This document shows, piece by piece, positions 45,551 through 54,781 of a stretch of DNA of 64,000 bases (position 1 is the first letter of the stretch; the number at the start of each line of letters is the position of its first letter). Source of the DNA: Clostridiales bacterium UBA1234 (GTDB lineage Bacteria > Bacillota > Clostridia > TANB77 > UBA1234); NCBI GenBank assembly GCA_002308995.1, contig DBWQ01000009.1, forward strand, positions 12,852-76,851, written 5' to 3'. The notes under the pieces were generated by a model that did not search any database, was not told the origin of the DNA, and saw nothing but the letters and a program-made list of their open reading frames with translations. The position numbers and the translations under genes are program-made.

Positions 45551-47608
45551 ATGAAAAAGAATGTATTTGGTTTAGAGGGATTAGAAGAATATGAGGACAA
45601 AAGTGCTACAGCAAAAATCAAAAGCTGCATGAAAGCAAATATTTCGGTATTCCTACATGGTAAACCTGGTACTGGAAAATCGCAAAGAGTAAAAGAATTA
45701 GATCCGGATTGTACCACCATAGAAATGAATTTAAGTCCGATTGAAGATTTTGCTGGAATGAACGTGGTGCTAAACGGCGAGATAAAAAAAGTAATGCCAG
45801 AGTGGCTTCGCTCACTCAAAGAAAAATGTGAAAAAGAGCCACACAAAAATCATATCTTATTTTTAGATGAATTTACAAATGCGCCAGAAAGTATTCAAAA
45901 ACTTGCCTATTCCATTGTGCTGGATAGAAGAGTAGGAAACCAATGGAAACTTCCTCAAAATGTTAGAGTCATTGCTGCTGGAAATGAAGTGGAAGACTCT
46001 ATTGTAGCAACAGAATTACTAGAACCTATGAAAGATAGAGTAGCACATATTACGGTAGAAGATGATTATTCTGAGTGGAGAGAGTGGGCATATTATCATA
46101 GAATTCATCCAGAAATTTTACGCTATCTAGATAAGAACCCTTCATTAAGATTTAGCTATTATGATGAATTAACAGGACTAAATAGGAAAATAACACCAAG
46201 AACTTGGGAAAGAGCTTCAAAGATGCTTTATCAAACGGGAAGCTTTGGTGACTTAATTAGCATTCTTCCTGCTAGTACAGTCTCTTCGATGGTAACGAAT
46301 CATATGCTGGATGGTTTTCCTTATGAAGACATTAGTATATACACACCTGAAAGACATATGAAAGCGTGTATTGAGGCGGACATCCCTGTATTCTTACATG
46401 GAAAACCTGGGGAAGGAAAATCAAGTCGAGTAGAGGCATTAGACCCAAATGCACAAGTATTAGAAATAAACTTACTCCCTGTAGAAGACTTATCTGGAAT
46501 GGTGGTATGTGACAATGGAACTTTAGAAAAGAAAAAGCCAATGTGGCTCACACGCTTAGAAGAAACATGTGCCAAAGAACCAAATAAAAACCATATTTTG
46601 TTTTTGGACGAACTCACCAATGCTATGCCGGTTGTGCAAGGTCTTGCTTATTCTTTGGTACTAGATAGAACGGTGGGAAATACGTGGAAACTACCTCAAA
46701 ATGTGCGTATTGTGGCAGCGGGAAATAGTACAGAAGATTCGATTGCAGCTACCGAAATACCAGAACCGCTTGTGGACCGATTTGCTCACGTCAAAGTAGA
46801 AACAGATATTCATCAGTGGTTAGAGTGGGCTGCCAAAAATGATATCCATCCTGCTATTATGAGTTATTTAGCAGAAAATCATGAGATGGCATTTAAATGC
46901 CAAGAAAACGGAAAAATTGTGACAACGCCAAGAACATGGGAGAGAGCGTCAAATCAATTATGGTATTCTTACAATTTGGATACCCTTACGGGAATTATTG
47001 GTGAAAATTTTACCAATGACTTTTTAGAGTTTTGTTCGACAAGAGTCATGAGTAAAGAAGAAATCCTATCCAATAATGGAACTTTTGATATCCATCAAGT
47101 GGCACATCCTTTTGCATTAATCCCTAACTTATTATCTACAGAGGATTTTGAAGTAGAAAAGGTAAGAGATTTTTTGAGCGAAAACTTCCCACAGGTTGTG
47201 AACTTGTTTGAATCTTTATGGATCAATCGTTCCCCCGAAAAAGATGAAAGAAAGCATATTATTGAAAAATTAAGAAAAAAAGATAGATACGTAAGAAAAG
47301 ATATAAGGCCAAGTAAAGCTTACACATTATTGGAAAATGGTGAAGAATATCAACTAAATGAAAACATGCAAGTCATCAACCCATATCGTTATCATAAAGG
47401 AATAGATTTTGAGGAGGAAGAAGAAATACTACCAAGCGAAGAAGAGGAAAACTATTTGGGAGAAGATATTGCAGAAGAATGGGACTATATGGTGGGGAAG
47501 CAAGGAAAAAATGCCATTATTCGACCTAACTTAACAGTGAAAAGTTTAAGAAAATCTCCAGGAAAATATGAGAAGAAAAAGAAAGCATATGACCTTATGA
47601 GCAGATAA
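45551..47608 (+). CDS. Tandem-duplicated MoxR-like AAA+ ATPase (two AAA_5-type modules in one polypeptide).
   Basis: Two Walker A motifs (FLHGKPGTGKS and FLHGKPGEGKS) and two Walker B motifs (ILFLDEFTNA and ILFLDELTNA). The modules are about 60% identical, and each ends with TPRTWERAS. Confidence 0.8.
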   Translation: MKKNVFGLEGLEEYEDKSATAKIKSCMKANISVFLHGKPGTGKSQRVKELDPDCTTIEMNLSPIEDFAGMNVVLNGEIKKVMPEWLRSLKEKCEKEPHKNHILFLDEFTNAPESIQKLAYSIVLDRRVGNQWKLPQNVRVIAAGNEVEDSIVATELLEPMKDRVAHITVEDDYSEWREWAYYHRIHPEILRYLDKNPSLRFSYYDELTGLNRKITPRTWERASKMLYQTGSFGDLISILPASTVSSMVTNHMLDGFPYEDISIYTPERHMKACIEADIPVFLHGKPGEGKSSRVEALDPNAQVLEINLLPVEDLSGMVVCDNGTLEKKKPMWLTRLEETCAKEPNKNHILFLDELTNAMPVVQGLAYSLVLDRTVGNTWKLPQNVRIVAAGNSTEDSIAATEIPEPLVDRFAHVKVETDIHQWLEWAAKNDIHPAIMSYLAENHEMAFKCQENGKIVTTPRTWERASNQLWYSYNLDTLTGIIGENFTNDFLEFCSTRVMSKEEILSNNGTFDIHQVAHPFALIPNLLSTEDFEVEKVRDFLSENFPQVVNLFESLWINRSPEKDERKHIIEKLRKKDRYVRKDIRPSKAYTLLENGEEYQLNENMQVINPYRYHKGIDFEEEEEILPSEEEENYLGEDIAEEWDYMVGKQGKNAIIRPNLTVKSLRKSPGKYEKKKKAYDLMSR

Positions 47609-47626
47609 AAGAAAGGATGAAAGAAA

Positions 47627-48031
47627 ATGAAAAGTAAAGTAGAAATCATTGATCATTTAATTGAGCATTATACTTGTCCTATTTTGATTAGTAATGAAAC
47701 ATTTAAAGGATATCGAAATGCGGTGTATATTGATGCTAATTGTAGTGACGAAGAATTAAAGTGCTCTTACAAAGAAGGGGGAGAAAAAGTTCTTCCTAAA
47801 TGGTATCAAGAATTACAACAGAAAAGTAAAAATCGTTATTGCTTGCTTGTCATCCAAAACTTAAATGAAGTGGAGGATAAAAAGCAATTACGCTTTAAAG
47901 AAATGATTAAATATGGACAAATCAATCGTATGAAATTGCCAGAAAACTGCATTATTTTTGTCACGCATTCTTATTTAAAAGAAAACAAGATGATGGATAT
48001 GATGATGTGTTTAATGAATCGAGTAGATTAG
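47627..48031 (+). CDS. Degenerate (Walker A/B-less) single AAA-module protein homologous to the neighbouring ATPase modules.
   Basis: KVLPKWYQELQQKSKNRYCLLVIQNLNEVEDKKQL aligns to KVMPEWLRSLKEKCEKEPHKNHILFLDEFTNAPESIQKL. The GKS P-loop is replaced by ILISNETFKG, and the Walker B DE is replaced by QN. Confidence 0.45.
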   Translation: MKSKVEIIDHLIEHYTCPILISNETFKGYRNAVYIDANCSDEELKCSYKEGGEKVLPKWYQELQQKSKNRYCLLVIQNLNEVEDKKQLRFKEMIKYGQINRMKLPENCIIFVTHSYLKENKMMDMMMCLMNRVD

Positions 48032-48041
48032 GAGGGATAAC

Positions 48042-49799
48042 ATGATAAAGGTAGATATTCCAACGATGGAGGAAGTTGCAAGGTTTGGAAGAATTGAGGA
48101 AGTTAATCCTACAGAATTTGCCACCAAAAATGGACAAGATTTTATTAGAGGGTTTCTTGTTCGTCAGAAAAAGGATGGAAAAAAGAGACTTCTTGGATTT
48201 GAACCATGTAAAAATCGATTTGTTGCGTTTGATGAAAATTATGATTATGGTTTGAAACCTATTATTCGTTTAAATGAATGTGAAGAGGATGAAAAGAAAA
48301 AATTGCTGTATATCATTAATAATTGCAATTCTTATAGAGTTCCCATTACACTAGGCGCGATGAGAATGACATTTAAGAATGAAGTTTTGAAGCAAGAATA
48401 CCACAATTTTTGTGAGAAACATTCATGGTATGGAAATGGTGTTTTGATAGGGAAGAAAAAAGAAGACCTTTTATCACTTTCTCATGATGCACTTGCAGAT
48501 GATTACTTGAAAATGTGTTTGCTTCATAAGGCTATCATGAATAAGGAGTATTATAATTCAAATTGTATCCAATGGGACTATGATGCAAAACAGCAGATTC
48601 TTTTTTGTAAAGACACCGTGTTAGGAGTACCTTTGCAAAGAAAGCAAAATAAAAGGGGAGCTTTAACTTTTCCACATAATATTGAATTAGAAGGCTTACA
48701 GTCTATTATCAATCAGGCGGTTGAAAAGATTTCATTGTATCAACCAGAGCGTTATGACCAAAAAGACCTTGCATCTGCTTGTCACTTTGAAGTAAAGAAA
48801 AATCTTTCGGCAGAAGAAAAAATGGAGTATGCATTAGAGGCGGGTCTCCCAGTTTTTTTACATGGTAAACCAGGAGAGGGAAAATCAGCAAGAGCCAAAG
48901 CAATTGACCCAGACTACACTATGCTAGAGCTATGTCTTTCTCCCATGGAAGATTTGGCAGGGATGAATGAGTATGTAAATGGAAAGCTGATCAAAAGAAA
49001 GCCAGAGTGGCTTGTGGAATTAGAACAAAAATGTCAGAAAGAACCTTTTCAAACGCATATCTTATTTTTAGATGAACTGACGAATGCAGAGGAATCGATT
49101 CAAAGTTTGGCCTATTCTCTTGTGCTAAAGAGAACCGTTGCTAACGAGTGGAAACTTCCAGCAAATGTGGGAATTATTGCCACAGGAAACGAGGTAGAAG
49201 ATTCTGCTGCTGCTACCGAAATGCCAGAGCCACTTCGCGATCGTTTTGTTCACATCAATGTGCATACTTCACTAGAAGAATGGCTTGATTGGGCGGGAAA
49301 AAATGAGATTCATCCAGCTATTATTTCGTACCTTACGTTTAGGGGAGAAAGTGCTTTAAGAAGCCAAAAAAAGGAAGGCGAAATTTACACTACCCCAAGA
49401 ACGTGGGAGAGAGCCTCTAAGATGCTAAATGCTACTAATGACGTGAGAGATTTGTTCCCAGTGATTGGGGATTATCAAGCAACGGATTTTATCGCTTTTT
49501 GCAATATGATGACGATAGATAAAGAAGATATAATAAATGGAAATGTGGATAGTTATGTGTTTGATGATATGGACATTGCCATGAAGATGGCGATGGTAAG
49601 AAGCTTAAATGATGTGACGATAGAGGAATTTGAAACAGTAAGAAATTTTGTCAAAACAGCTGGAAAAGAACCACTAGCCTTATTTGAAAACTTATGGATT
49701 TCTGGTGCAAAAGAGGAAAAGTATGAAAGACTAGAAAAAGTGGCAGAGATACATATGGAAGAGGAAGAACAAGAAGGAGTTGGTACCTATGAATACTAA
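48042..49799 (+). CDS. AAA+ ATPase (third active MoxR-like module) with a 270-aa N-terminal domain of unknown function.
   Basis: FLHGKPGEGKS, ILFLDELTNA and TPRTWERASKML. The C-terminal half is about 60% identical to the modules of 45551-47608. Confidence 0.8.
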   Translation: MIKVDIPTMEEVARFGRIEEVNPTEFATKNGQDFIRGFLVRQKKDGKKRLLGFEPCKNRFVAFDENYDYGLKPIIRLNECEEDEKKKLLYIINNCNSYRVPITLGAMRMTFKNEVLKQEYHNFCEKHSWYGNGVLIGKKKEDLLSLSHDALADDYLKMCLLHKAIMNKEYYNSNCIQWDYDAKQQILFCKDTVLGVPLQRKQNKRGALTFPHNIELEGLQSIINQAVEKISLYQPERYDQKDLASACHFEVKKNLSAEEKMEYALEAGLPVFLHGKPGEGKSARAKAIDPDYTMLELCLSPMEDLAGMNEYVNGKLIKRKPEWLVELEQKCQKEPFQTHILFLDELTNAEESIQSLAYSLVLKRTVANEWKLPANVGIIATGNEVEDSAAATEMPEPLRDRFVHINVHTSLEEWLDWAGKNEIHPAIISYLTFRGESALRSQKKEGEIYTTPRTWERASKMLNATNDVRDLFPVIGDYQATDFIAFCNMMTIDKEDIINGNVDSYVFDDMDIAMKMAMVRSLNDVTIEEFETVRNFVKTAGKEPLALFENLWISGAKEEKYERLEKVAEIHMEEEEQEGVGTYEY

Positions 49800-51213
49800 T
49801 TTAAAAAGTGTGATTCGAAAAATACTAGTGAAATTTCCGTCTTTTGGACATACTCTTGCCAATATCCAAATCAAAGAAAATGCATTGATTCAAACAGCTT
49901 GTACCAATGGACAAGTATTATACTATAATCCTAACTTCATTGATAGTTTGTCAGAAAGTCAAAAAGTGTTTTTATTATCGCATGAAATATGCCATGTGGA
50001 GCTAGAACACATGGAACGAGGAAAGGATAAAAACCCTAGATTATGGAACATTGCAACAGATGCGGTGATTAATGCCTATTTAGAGCATGCTGGATTAGAG
50101 CCCATTGAAGGATGTGTCCAAATGCCTGATGCCTATCAAATGCGAGCAGAAGATATGTATGATACACTACTAAAAGAAGCAGAAGCTTCTCAAGAAAAAC
50201 AAGATCAGTCAAATGAAGAAACATCATCCAATGAGCAAGAAGAAACTGCTCAGAAACAAAAAGAATCCACTCAGGAGCCAGAAGAAACTACTCAAAAGCA
50301 ACAAGAAACTATGAATGCAAAGGAGCAAGAAAAACTTGCCAAAAGAATTCAAGAATTGGAAGAAAAATATGGCAAAGGCCATGCCTCTCATGAAGAGTGG
50401 AAAGAGGCTCCTCACCATCAAGTACCTTCATCTGCCAAAGATGAAAAAGCATTTTTTGAAGAAAACGAAGCAGAAAAACAAAAAAAGCTAGAAGACATGA
50501 GAAAACAAATTATTGCAGAAAGTACCCAAGGAGTTGGACAGGAGAGTTTTGGTCAAACATTTAAAGTTGAAATGGAAGAAGAAAAAAAGAAGGTAGTAGA
50601 TTGGAAAAAAATCTTAAAAGCAACGCTAGTAGGCAATCAATATGATTGGCGTTTAAGCCATCGTGTGAGAAATGGTGTGGTGCCTTATGAACTAAAAAAA
50701 GTTCCTCATCCTGTCACAGAGATTTTGCTTGATACAAGTGGCTCCATCAGCGACGTACTTCTTAGAAACTTTTTGAATGAATGTATGGGTGTTTTAAAAA
50801 CTTCTCGTTTAAAAGTAGGTTGTTTTGATACTAGGTTTTATGGTTTTCATGAAATTCGCTCCAAAAGAGATATTGAAAATATGACTTTTGAAGGACGAGG
50901 AGGGACCGATTTTAATGCTGCAGTGAATGCATTCTCGAAAAGTGCGGATAATCGCATTGTCTTTACAGATGGCTGTGCAAATACCCCTGAAAAAACTTGC
51001 AGAGCCACATGGGTAATCTTTGATGATGGTGATAATTATTCGCGAGGTTATGCTGAGGAACTAAACCCTCCTGGAGGGAAAAAGATAATGATTCCTTACG
51101 ATGCCTACTGCGAATTGACACAAGAAAGCCCAAGAGAGTGTGATGATTATGATGATTATGATGACTATAATGATTATGATGACTATAATGATTATGATAC
51201 CCTTGCTGAGTAA
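49789..51213 (+). CDS. Putative metallopeptidase (DUF2201_N, HExxH) plus VWA-like domain protein; the usual partner of MoxR-type ATPases.
   Basis: FLLSHEICHVELEH (HExxH) and the VWA MIDAS motif ILLDTSGSIS ... GRGGTDF ... VFTDG. Asp/Tyr-rich C-terminal tail. Start at ATG 49789 after AAGGAG. Confidence 0.8.
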   Translation: MNTNLKSVIRKILVKFPSFGHTLANIQIKENALIQTACTNGQVLYYNPNFIDSLSESQKVFLLSHEICHVELEHMERGKDKNPRLWNIATDAVINAYLEHAGLEPIEGCVQMPDAYQMRAEDMYDTLLKEAEASQEKQDQSNEETSSNEQEETAQKQKESTQEPEETTQKQQETMNAKEQEKLAKRIQELEEKYGKGHASHEEWKEAPHHQVPSSAKDEKAFFEENEAEKQKKLEDMRKQIIAESTQGVGQESFGQTFKVEMEEEKKKVVDWKKILKATLVGNQYDWRLSHRVRNGVVPYELKKVPHPVTEILLDTSGSISDVLLRNFLNECMGVLKTSRLKVGCFDTRFYGFHEIRSKRDIENMTFEGRGGTDFNAAVNAFSKSADNRIVFTDGCANTPEKTCRATWVIFDDGDNYSRGYAEELNPPGGKKIMIPYDAYCELTQESPRECDDYDDYDDYNDYDDYNDYDTLAE

Positions 51214-51273
51214 AATGAAGAAAAAAATGCCCAAATGTTCGTCAAGACGTTCACATAAAATTCACAGTATTTT

Positions 51274-51315
51274 TAGCACTCTCTACTTGACTTTGCTAAT
51301 AAAAGTGGTATAACT
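51274..51315 (+). promoter_or_regulatory. hsp20 promoter overlapping a degenerate CIRCE-like inverted repeat.
   Basis: TTAGCACTC-N9-CTTTGCTAA (left arm perfect, right arm 6/9). TTGACT, a 16-nt spacer, then TATAAC. Confidence 0.35.
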
Positions 51316-51421
51316 ATAATTGTAATAAGAAAAAACATATATGCATACCCTACAAAAAGAGTATCAACATGTATGAACTTTCCTATTAAAGTAATCATAT
51401 ATTTTAAAAGGAGTGGTTTTT

Positions 51422-51844
51422 ATGTTGATGGTACCAAGAAAAAGAAACGAGTTTGATTTATTTAATGATTTTTTCGGAGGCGACGATTTCTTTACGAGAA
51501 GAGAAAGCACTATTATGAAGACAGATATTAAGGAAAAGAAGGATAGCTATGTCATCGAGATGGATCTTCCAGGCTACGAAAAAGAAAACATTAACCTAGA
51601 ACTTAAGGATGGATACCTAAATGTATCGGCTAAAGTTGAAAAAGAAGAAAAGAACGATGAAAATGAAAAGTTTGTACACAAAGAAAGATTCTATGGACAT
51701 TGTGCAAGAAGCTTTTATGTAGGTGAGCAAATCACAGAGGAAGACATTAAGGCTGAGTTTAAGAACGGTACCTTAAAGGTTAGTGTTCCAAAGAAAGAAG
51801 AGAAGAAAGAACTTCCAGAAGCAAAGCATATTCAAATTCAATAA
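51422..51844 (+). CDS. Hsp20 / alpha-crystallin family small heat shock protein.
   Basis: Alpha-crystallin domain (MDLPGYEKENINLELKDGYLNVSAK ... GTLKVSVPK). AAGGAG ribosome-binding site. Confidence 0.85.
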   Translation: MLMVPRKRNEFDLFNDFFGGDDFFTRRESTIMKTDIKEKKDSYVIEMDLPGYEKENINLELKDGYLNVSAKVEKEEKNDENEKFVHKERFYGHCARSFYVGEQITEEDIKAEFKNGTLKVSVPKKEEKKELPEAKHIQIQ

Positions 51845-51851
51845 AAAAGAA

Positions 51852-51917
51852 GGCTCCCTGAAAAGGGAGCTTTTTTTTTCGGCCAAAAAGGGACAACCTT
51901 TTTTGTCCGATTTTTTG
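51852..51917 (+). terminator. Tandem rho-independent terminators. The second carries a partial copy (C) of the GACCAAAAGGGACA repeat motif.
   Basis: GGCTCCCT gaaa AGGGAGC T9, then CGGCCAAAAAGGGACAACC ttttt TGTCCG T6. Confidence 0.7.
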
Positions 51918-51984
51918 TTGAATTGCCATTTTTTTTGCGATACAATAATATTAGATTAAATGGATGACGAAGGAGGATAATAAG

Positions 51985-52539
51985 ATGGAGTTTTGGAGTC
52001 AAAATAAGGTTTGGATTGTTGTGGTTTCGGTAGTGATGATTTGCATCATCATTTATAACATGATGTTCAAAAAAAGAAACAAGGTAAAAACTGCGTTTTC
52101 AAGTTTGGATGTGATGCTGAAGAAAAGATATGATGTGATGCCTAATTTAGTATCGATGGTTCAAAACTACATGACGCACGAAAGTGAACTTTTAACCAAA
52201 CTAACTAGCTTGAGAGAAAGAGCGCAAAGTGCAAGTTCTATAGAAGAAAATATAGATCTTAATAACGAAATTGATGCCAATATGAGAAAACTAAAAGTAT
52301 CGTTTGAAGCATACCCAGATTTAAAAGCAAATCAAAACTTTTTGCATATGCAAGCAGTTTTAAATGATATCGAAGAGCAAATTTCGGCTGCCAGAAGAAC
52401 CTATAATGCACATGTGGAAGACTATAATAATTTAATTGGCATCATCCCAATGAATTTGTTTGCGCTTTTATTCAGATTTAAACCATATAAACTATTTGAA
52501 ATCACCAATGAAGAAAGAGAGAGTAAAAAATGGATGTAA
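51985..52539 (+). CDS. lemA: LemA family protein.
   Basis: N-terminal TM helix and the LemA core (SSLDVMLKKRYDVMPNLV ... AARRTYNA). Confidence 0.8.
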   Translation: MEFWSQNKVWIVVVSVVMICIIIYNMMFKKRNKVKTAFSSLDVMLKKRYDVMPNLVSMVQNYMTHESELLTKLTSLRERAQSASSIEENIDLNNEIDANMRKLKVSFEAYPDLKANQNFLHMQAVLNDIEEQISAARRTYNAHVEDYNNLIGIIPMNLFALLFRFKPYKLFEITNEERESKKWM

Positions 52540-53603
52540 CCGTAAAAAGTTTAGAAGATTTTGAAAAATACTATCAAAGTAACTATCAAGAGGTTGTATC
52601 TCAGTTTTATGAAAGAATTAAAAGCAAAAAAGGAGAAATTATTGGATTAAGAGTAGCCATTGGAGTGATTCTATGCCTTTTAGTCCCAACACTTTGTGAG
52701 ACTCTTCATTTGAAAGAGATTTTGGGGAGCCGTTATAGTGTGCTCTTATATTGTGCGTATGCACTGATTTTGCTTGGAACCTTTTTTGCCATTAAAACAT
52801 CTTTAGCAAAGTTATTTCAAGAACAAAGTGAAACAATGATCAAAGACATCATTGCCTTTATTTGTTCTAAGAATAAAGACGAAGTTATGTTTGAGCCGAA
52901 ACTGATGATAAGCACTGAAGCATTGGAAAAAATGGAGCTATTTAATTTGGACGTTGTTAAGTATACGGGAAAAAACTATATCAAAGCACCATTTTTTAAG
53001 AATAACATGGTATTTGCAGATATGAAAACCTACACGGTTGAAATTGTAGAAACCAAAAAGACAATCTATAAAAAAGGCAAGAAATATATTAGAACCATTC
53101 GCAAAAGGAAGAAAAAGACATTTTTTGAGGGCGTTTATGTTGGGGCCACCTTAAATAAAAAGAATACCAATCAAATCTATTTAATTCCCAACAATTTTAA
53201 CGATACCGTACTACAAAGCAAAATCATGAGTTATATCAAATTTCACGGAGTGCCAGTAGAATTAGAAAATTTGGAGTTTTCTAAAAAGTACAGAGTTTTT
53301 TGTGATGATGAGGTTCAAGCAAGGTATATTTTATCACTGGGACTTATGGAAAGAATCAATCAATTAGACAAACTCTTTGCGGGTAAAAAGTATATTGTTT
53401 TTAAAGAAGGAAAAAGATTTGCAATTTGCTTAGAGGGAGTTTCTATTCGAGAAATTAAAAACTTAACCCTTCCTGTATTTAGAAATGAGAAAAAAGAAGC
53501 TGCCATTCTTCGTAAGATGTATGAAAAACTAAGCAGATTTTTTGAAATTTATGATGTGTTAGACTTGGGAAATGACTTATATACAAAGTATTTAGAAAAA
53601 TAG
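52530..53603 (+). CDS. Membrane protein; a possible DUF3137-type partner of LemA.
   Basis: Two TM helices near the N-terminus and its position downstream of lemA. Domain identity not verified. Confidence 0.45.
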   Translation: MDVTVKSLEDFEKYYQSNYQEVVSQFYERIKSKKGEIIGLRVAIGVILCLLVPTLCETLHLKEILGSRYSVLLYCAYALILLGTFFAIKTSLAKLFQEQSETMIKDIIAFICSKNKDEVMFEPKLMISTEALEKMELFNLDVVKYTGKNYIKAPFFKNNMVFADMKTYTVEIVETKKTIYKKGKKYIRTIRKRKKKTFFEGVYVGATLNKKNTNQIYLIPNNFNDTVLQSKIMSYIKFHGVPVELENLEFSKKYRVFCDDEVQARYILSLGLMERINQLDKLFAGKKYIVFKEGKRFAICLEGVSIREIKNLTLPVFRNEKKEAAILRKMYEKLSRFFEIYDVLDLGNDLYTKYLEK

Positions 53604-53616
53604 AGAAGGAGAATGG

Positions 53617-54681
53617 ATGAGAGTACAAAAGATTGAAAAAGATGAATTTAGCACGAAATTATATTGCCTTTTAACATTTCGCGTTTCTTGGGAACAATTG
53701 GTATGTATGATTGATGCAATTATTCAGCGTGACTTTAAAGAAAATATTTACGATTTATATGTTAGTGATTCTAATGGAAAAGAGACACCAGTAGTTGGAG
53801 AAATTAGACAACATCATTTTCAAATTCATGAATGTCCTTTTTATCAAAGAGAAAGTGGCTCTATTACTATTTACGGTGCTTCAAGTATTTGGGGAGTGGA
53901 TATTTCATTTACGATATGGAATCAACTGGATAAATGTTTGGTTAAAATATACAAAGATCCCTTTATAGAAAAAGAGGGGGAGCAAGTGTATGATAGGTAT
54001 TTAGATAGTATTGAAATTGAAGGATTTGTCAATTATACGAGAAGGCAATATGAGAATAAAACCGCGGAAAAGACAAAGGTTCCCCAAAAAGAAGAACCAC
54101 AAAATGGCATGATGAATGCGGAATGCTTTGCATGTCATACGAAATTTCAAATAGATGGCACGCAGATTCCTAAAACCCAAAAGACATTTTATTTTACGTG
54201 TCCAAAATGTGGCATGGAGCTAAAACTTGGCAATCCAAACTTTCAAGAACAAACATCAAATGAACCGGCGTCACCAAAGAATGACATAAAAAAAGAAGCA
54301 TCTACAGAAAATACGGTATCAGAAAGAGAACAATTACTTAATGTTATGGTGTTGCCAAAGGACATTAGAAGTAGATCTTTGGAAGAACAAGTAAAAATGA
54401 TTGGATTGCAAATCAACGAAATTAAAAAAGTGCTAAATGAAATCAAAAGTAATCCATCGACATATATGCTAAGCAAAAGGCAAGAAGCCACACAAAAAAA
54501 TGTCCTTAATCGCATCAATGAGAAAAATTACATAGAGGCATTTTTTGAGCTTGCTGATTTTGTGGATGATTACGGTAATCGACATGAGGGAAAAGTATTT
54601 GAGGAAGAAAAAAAGCTGGTAAGCGATATGGTTAATAGGATTTTGATTGCCATATCAAACAATACGAAATCAAATGGTTAA
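53617..54681 (+). CDS. Hypothetical protein with a zinc ribbon.
   Basis: CFACH...CPKCG and GGAGAA ribosome-binding site. Confidence 0.5.
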   Translation: MRVQKIEKDEFSTKLYCLLTFRVSWEQLVCMIDAIIQRDFKENIYDLYVSDSNGKETPVVGEIRQHHFQIHECPFYQRESGSITIYGASSIWGVDISFTIWNQLDKCLVKIYKDPFIEKEGEQVYDRYLDSIEIEGFVNYTRRQYENKTAEKTKVPQKEEPQNGMMNAECFACHTKFQIDGTQIPKTQKTFYFTCPKCGMELKLGNPNFQEQTSNEPASPKNDIKKEASTENTVSEREQLLNVMVLPKDIRSRSLEEQVKMIGLQINEIKKVLNEIKSNPSTYMLSKRQEATQKNVLNRINEKNYIEAFFELADFVDDYGNRHEGKVFEEEKKLVSDMVNRILIAISNNTKSNG

Positions 54682-54723
54682 GGTACACTTTGTGAGAAAA
54701 TAAGTAACTTGCAAAATAACAAT

Positions 54724-54771
54724 AAAAGCCCCTATTGAGCCAAAAGATGATGGCACAATAGGGGTTTTTTT
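54724..54771. terminator. Bidirectional terminator.
   Basis: AAAAGCCCCTATTG ... CAATAGGGGTTTTTTT. Confidence 0.75.
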
Positions 54772-54781
54772 ACGTGTATTT

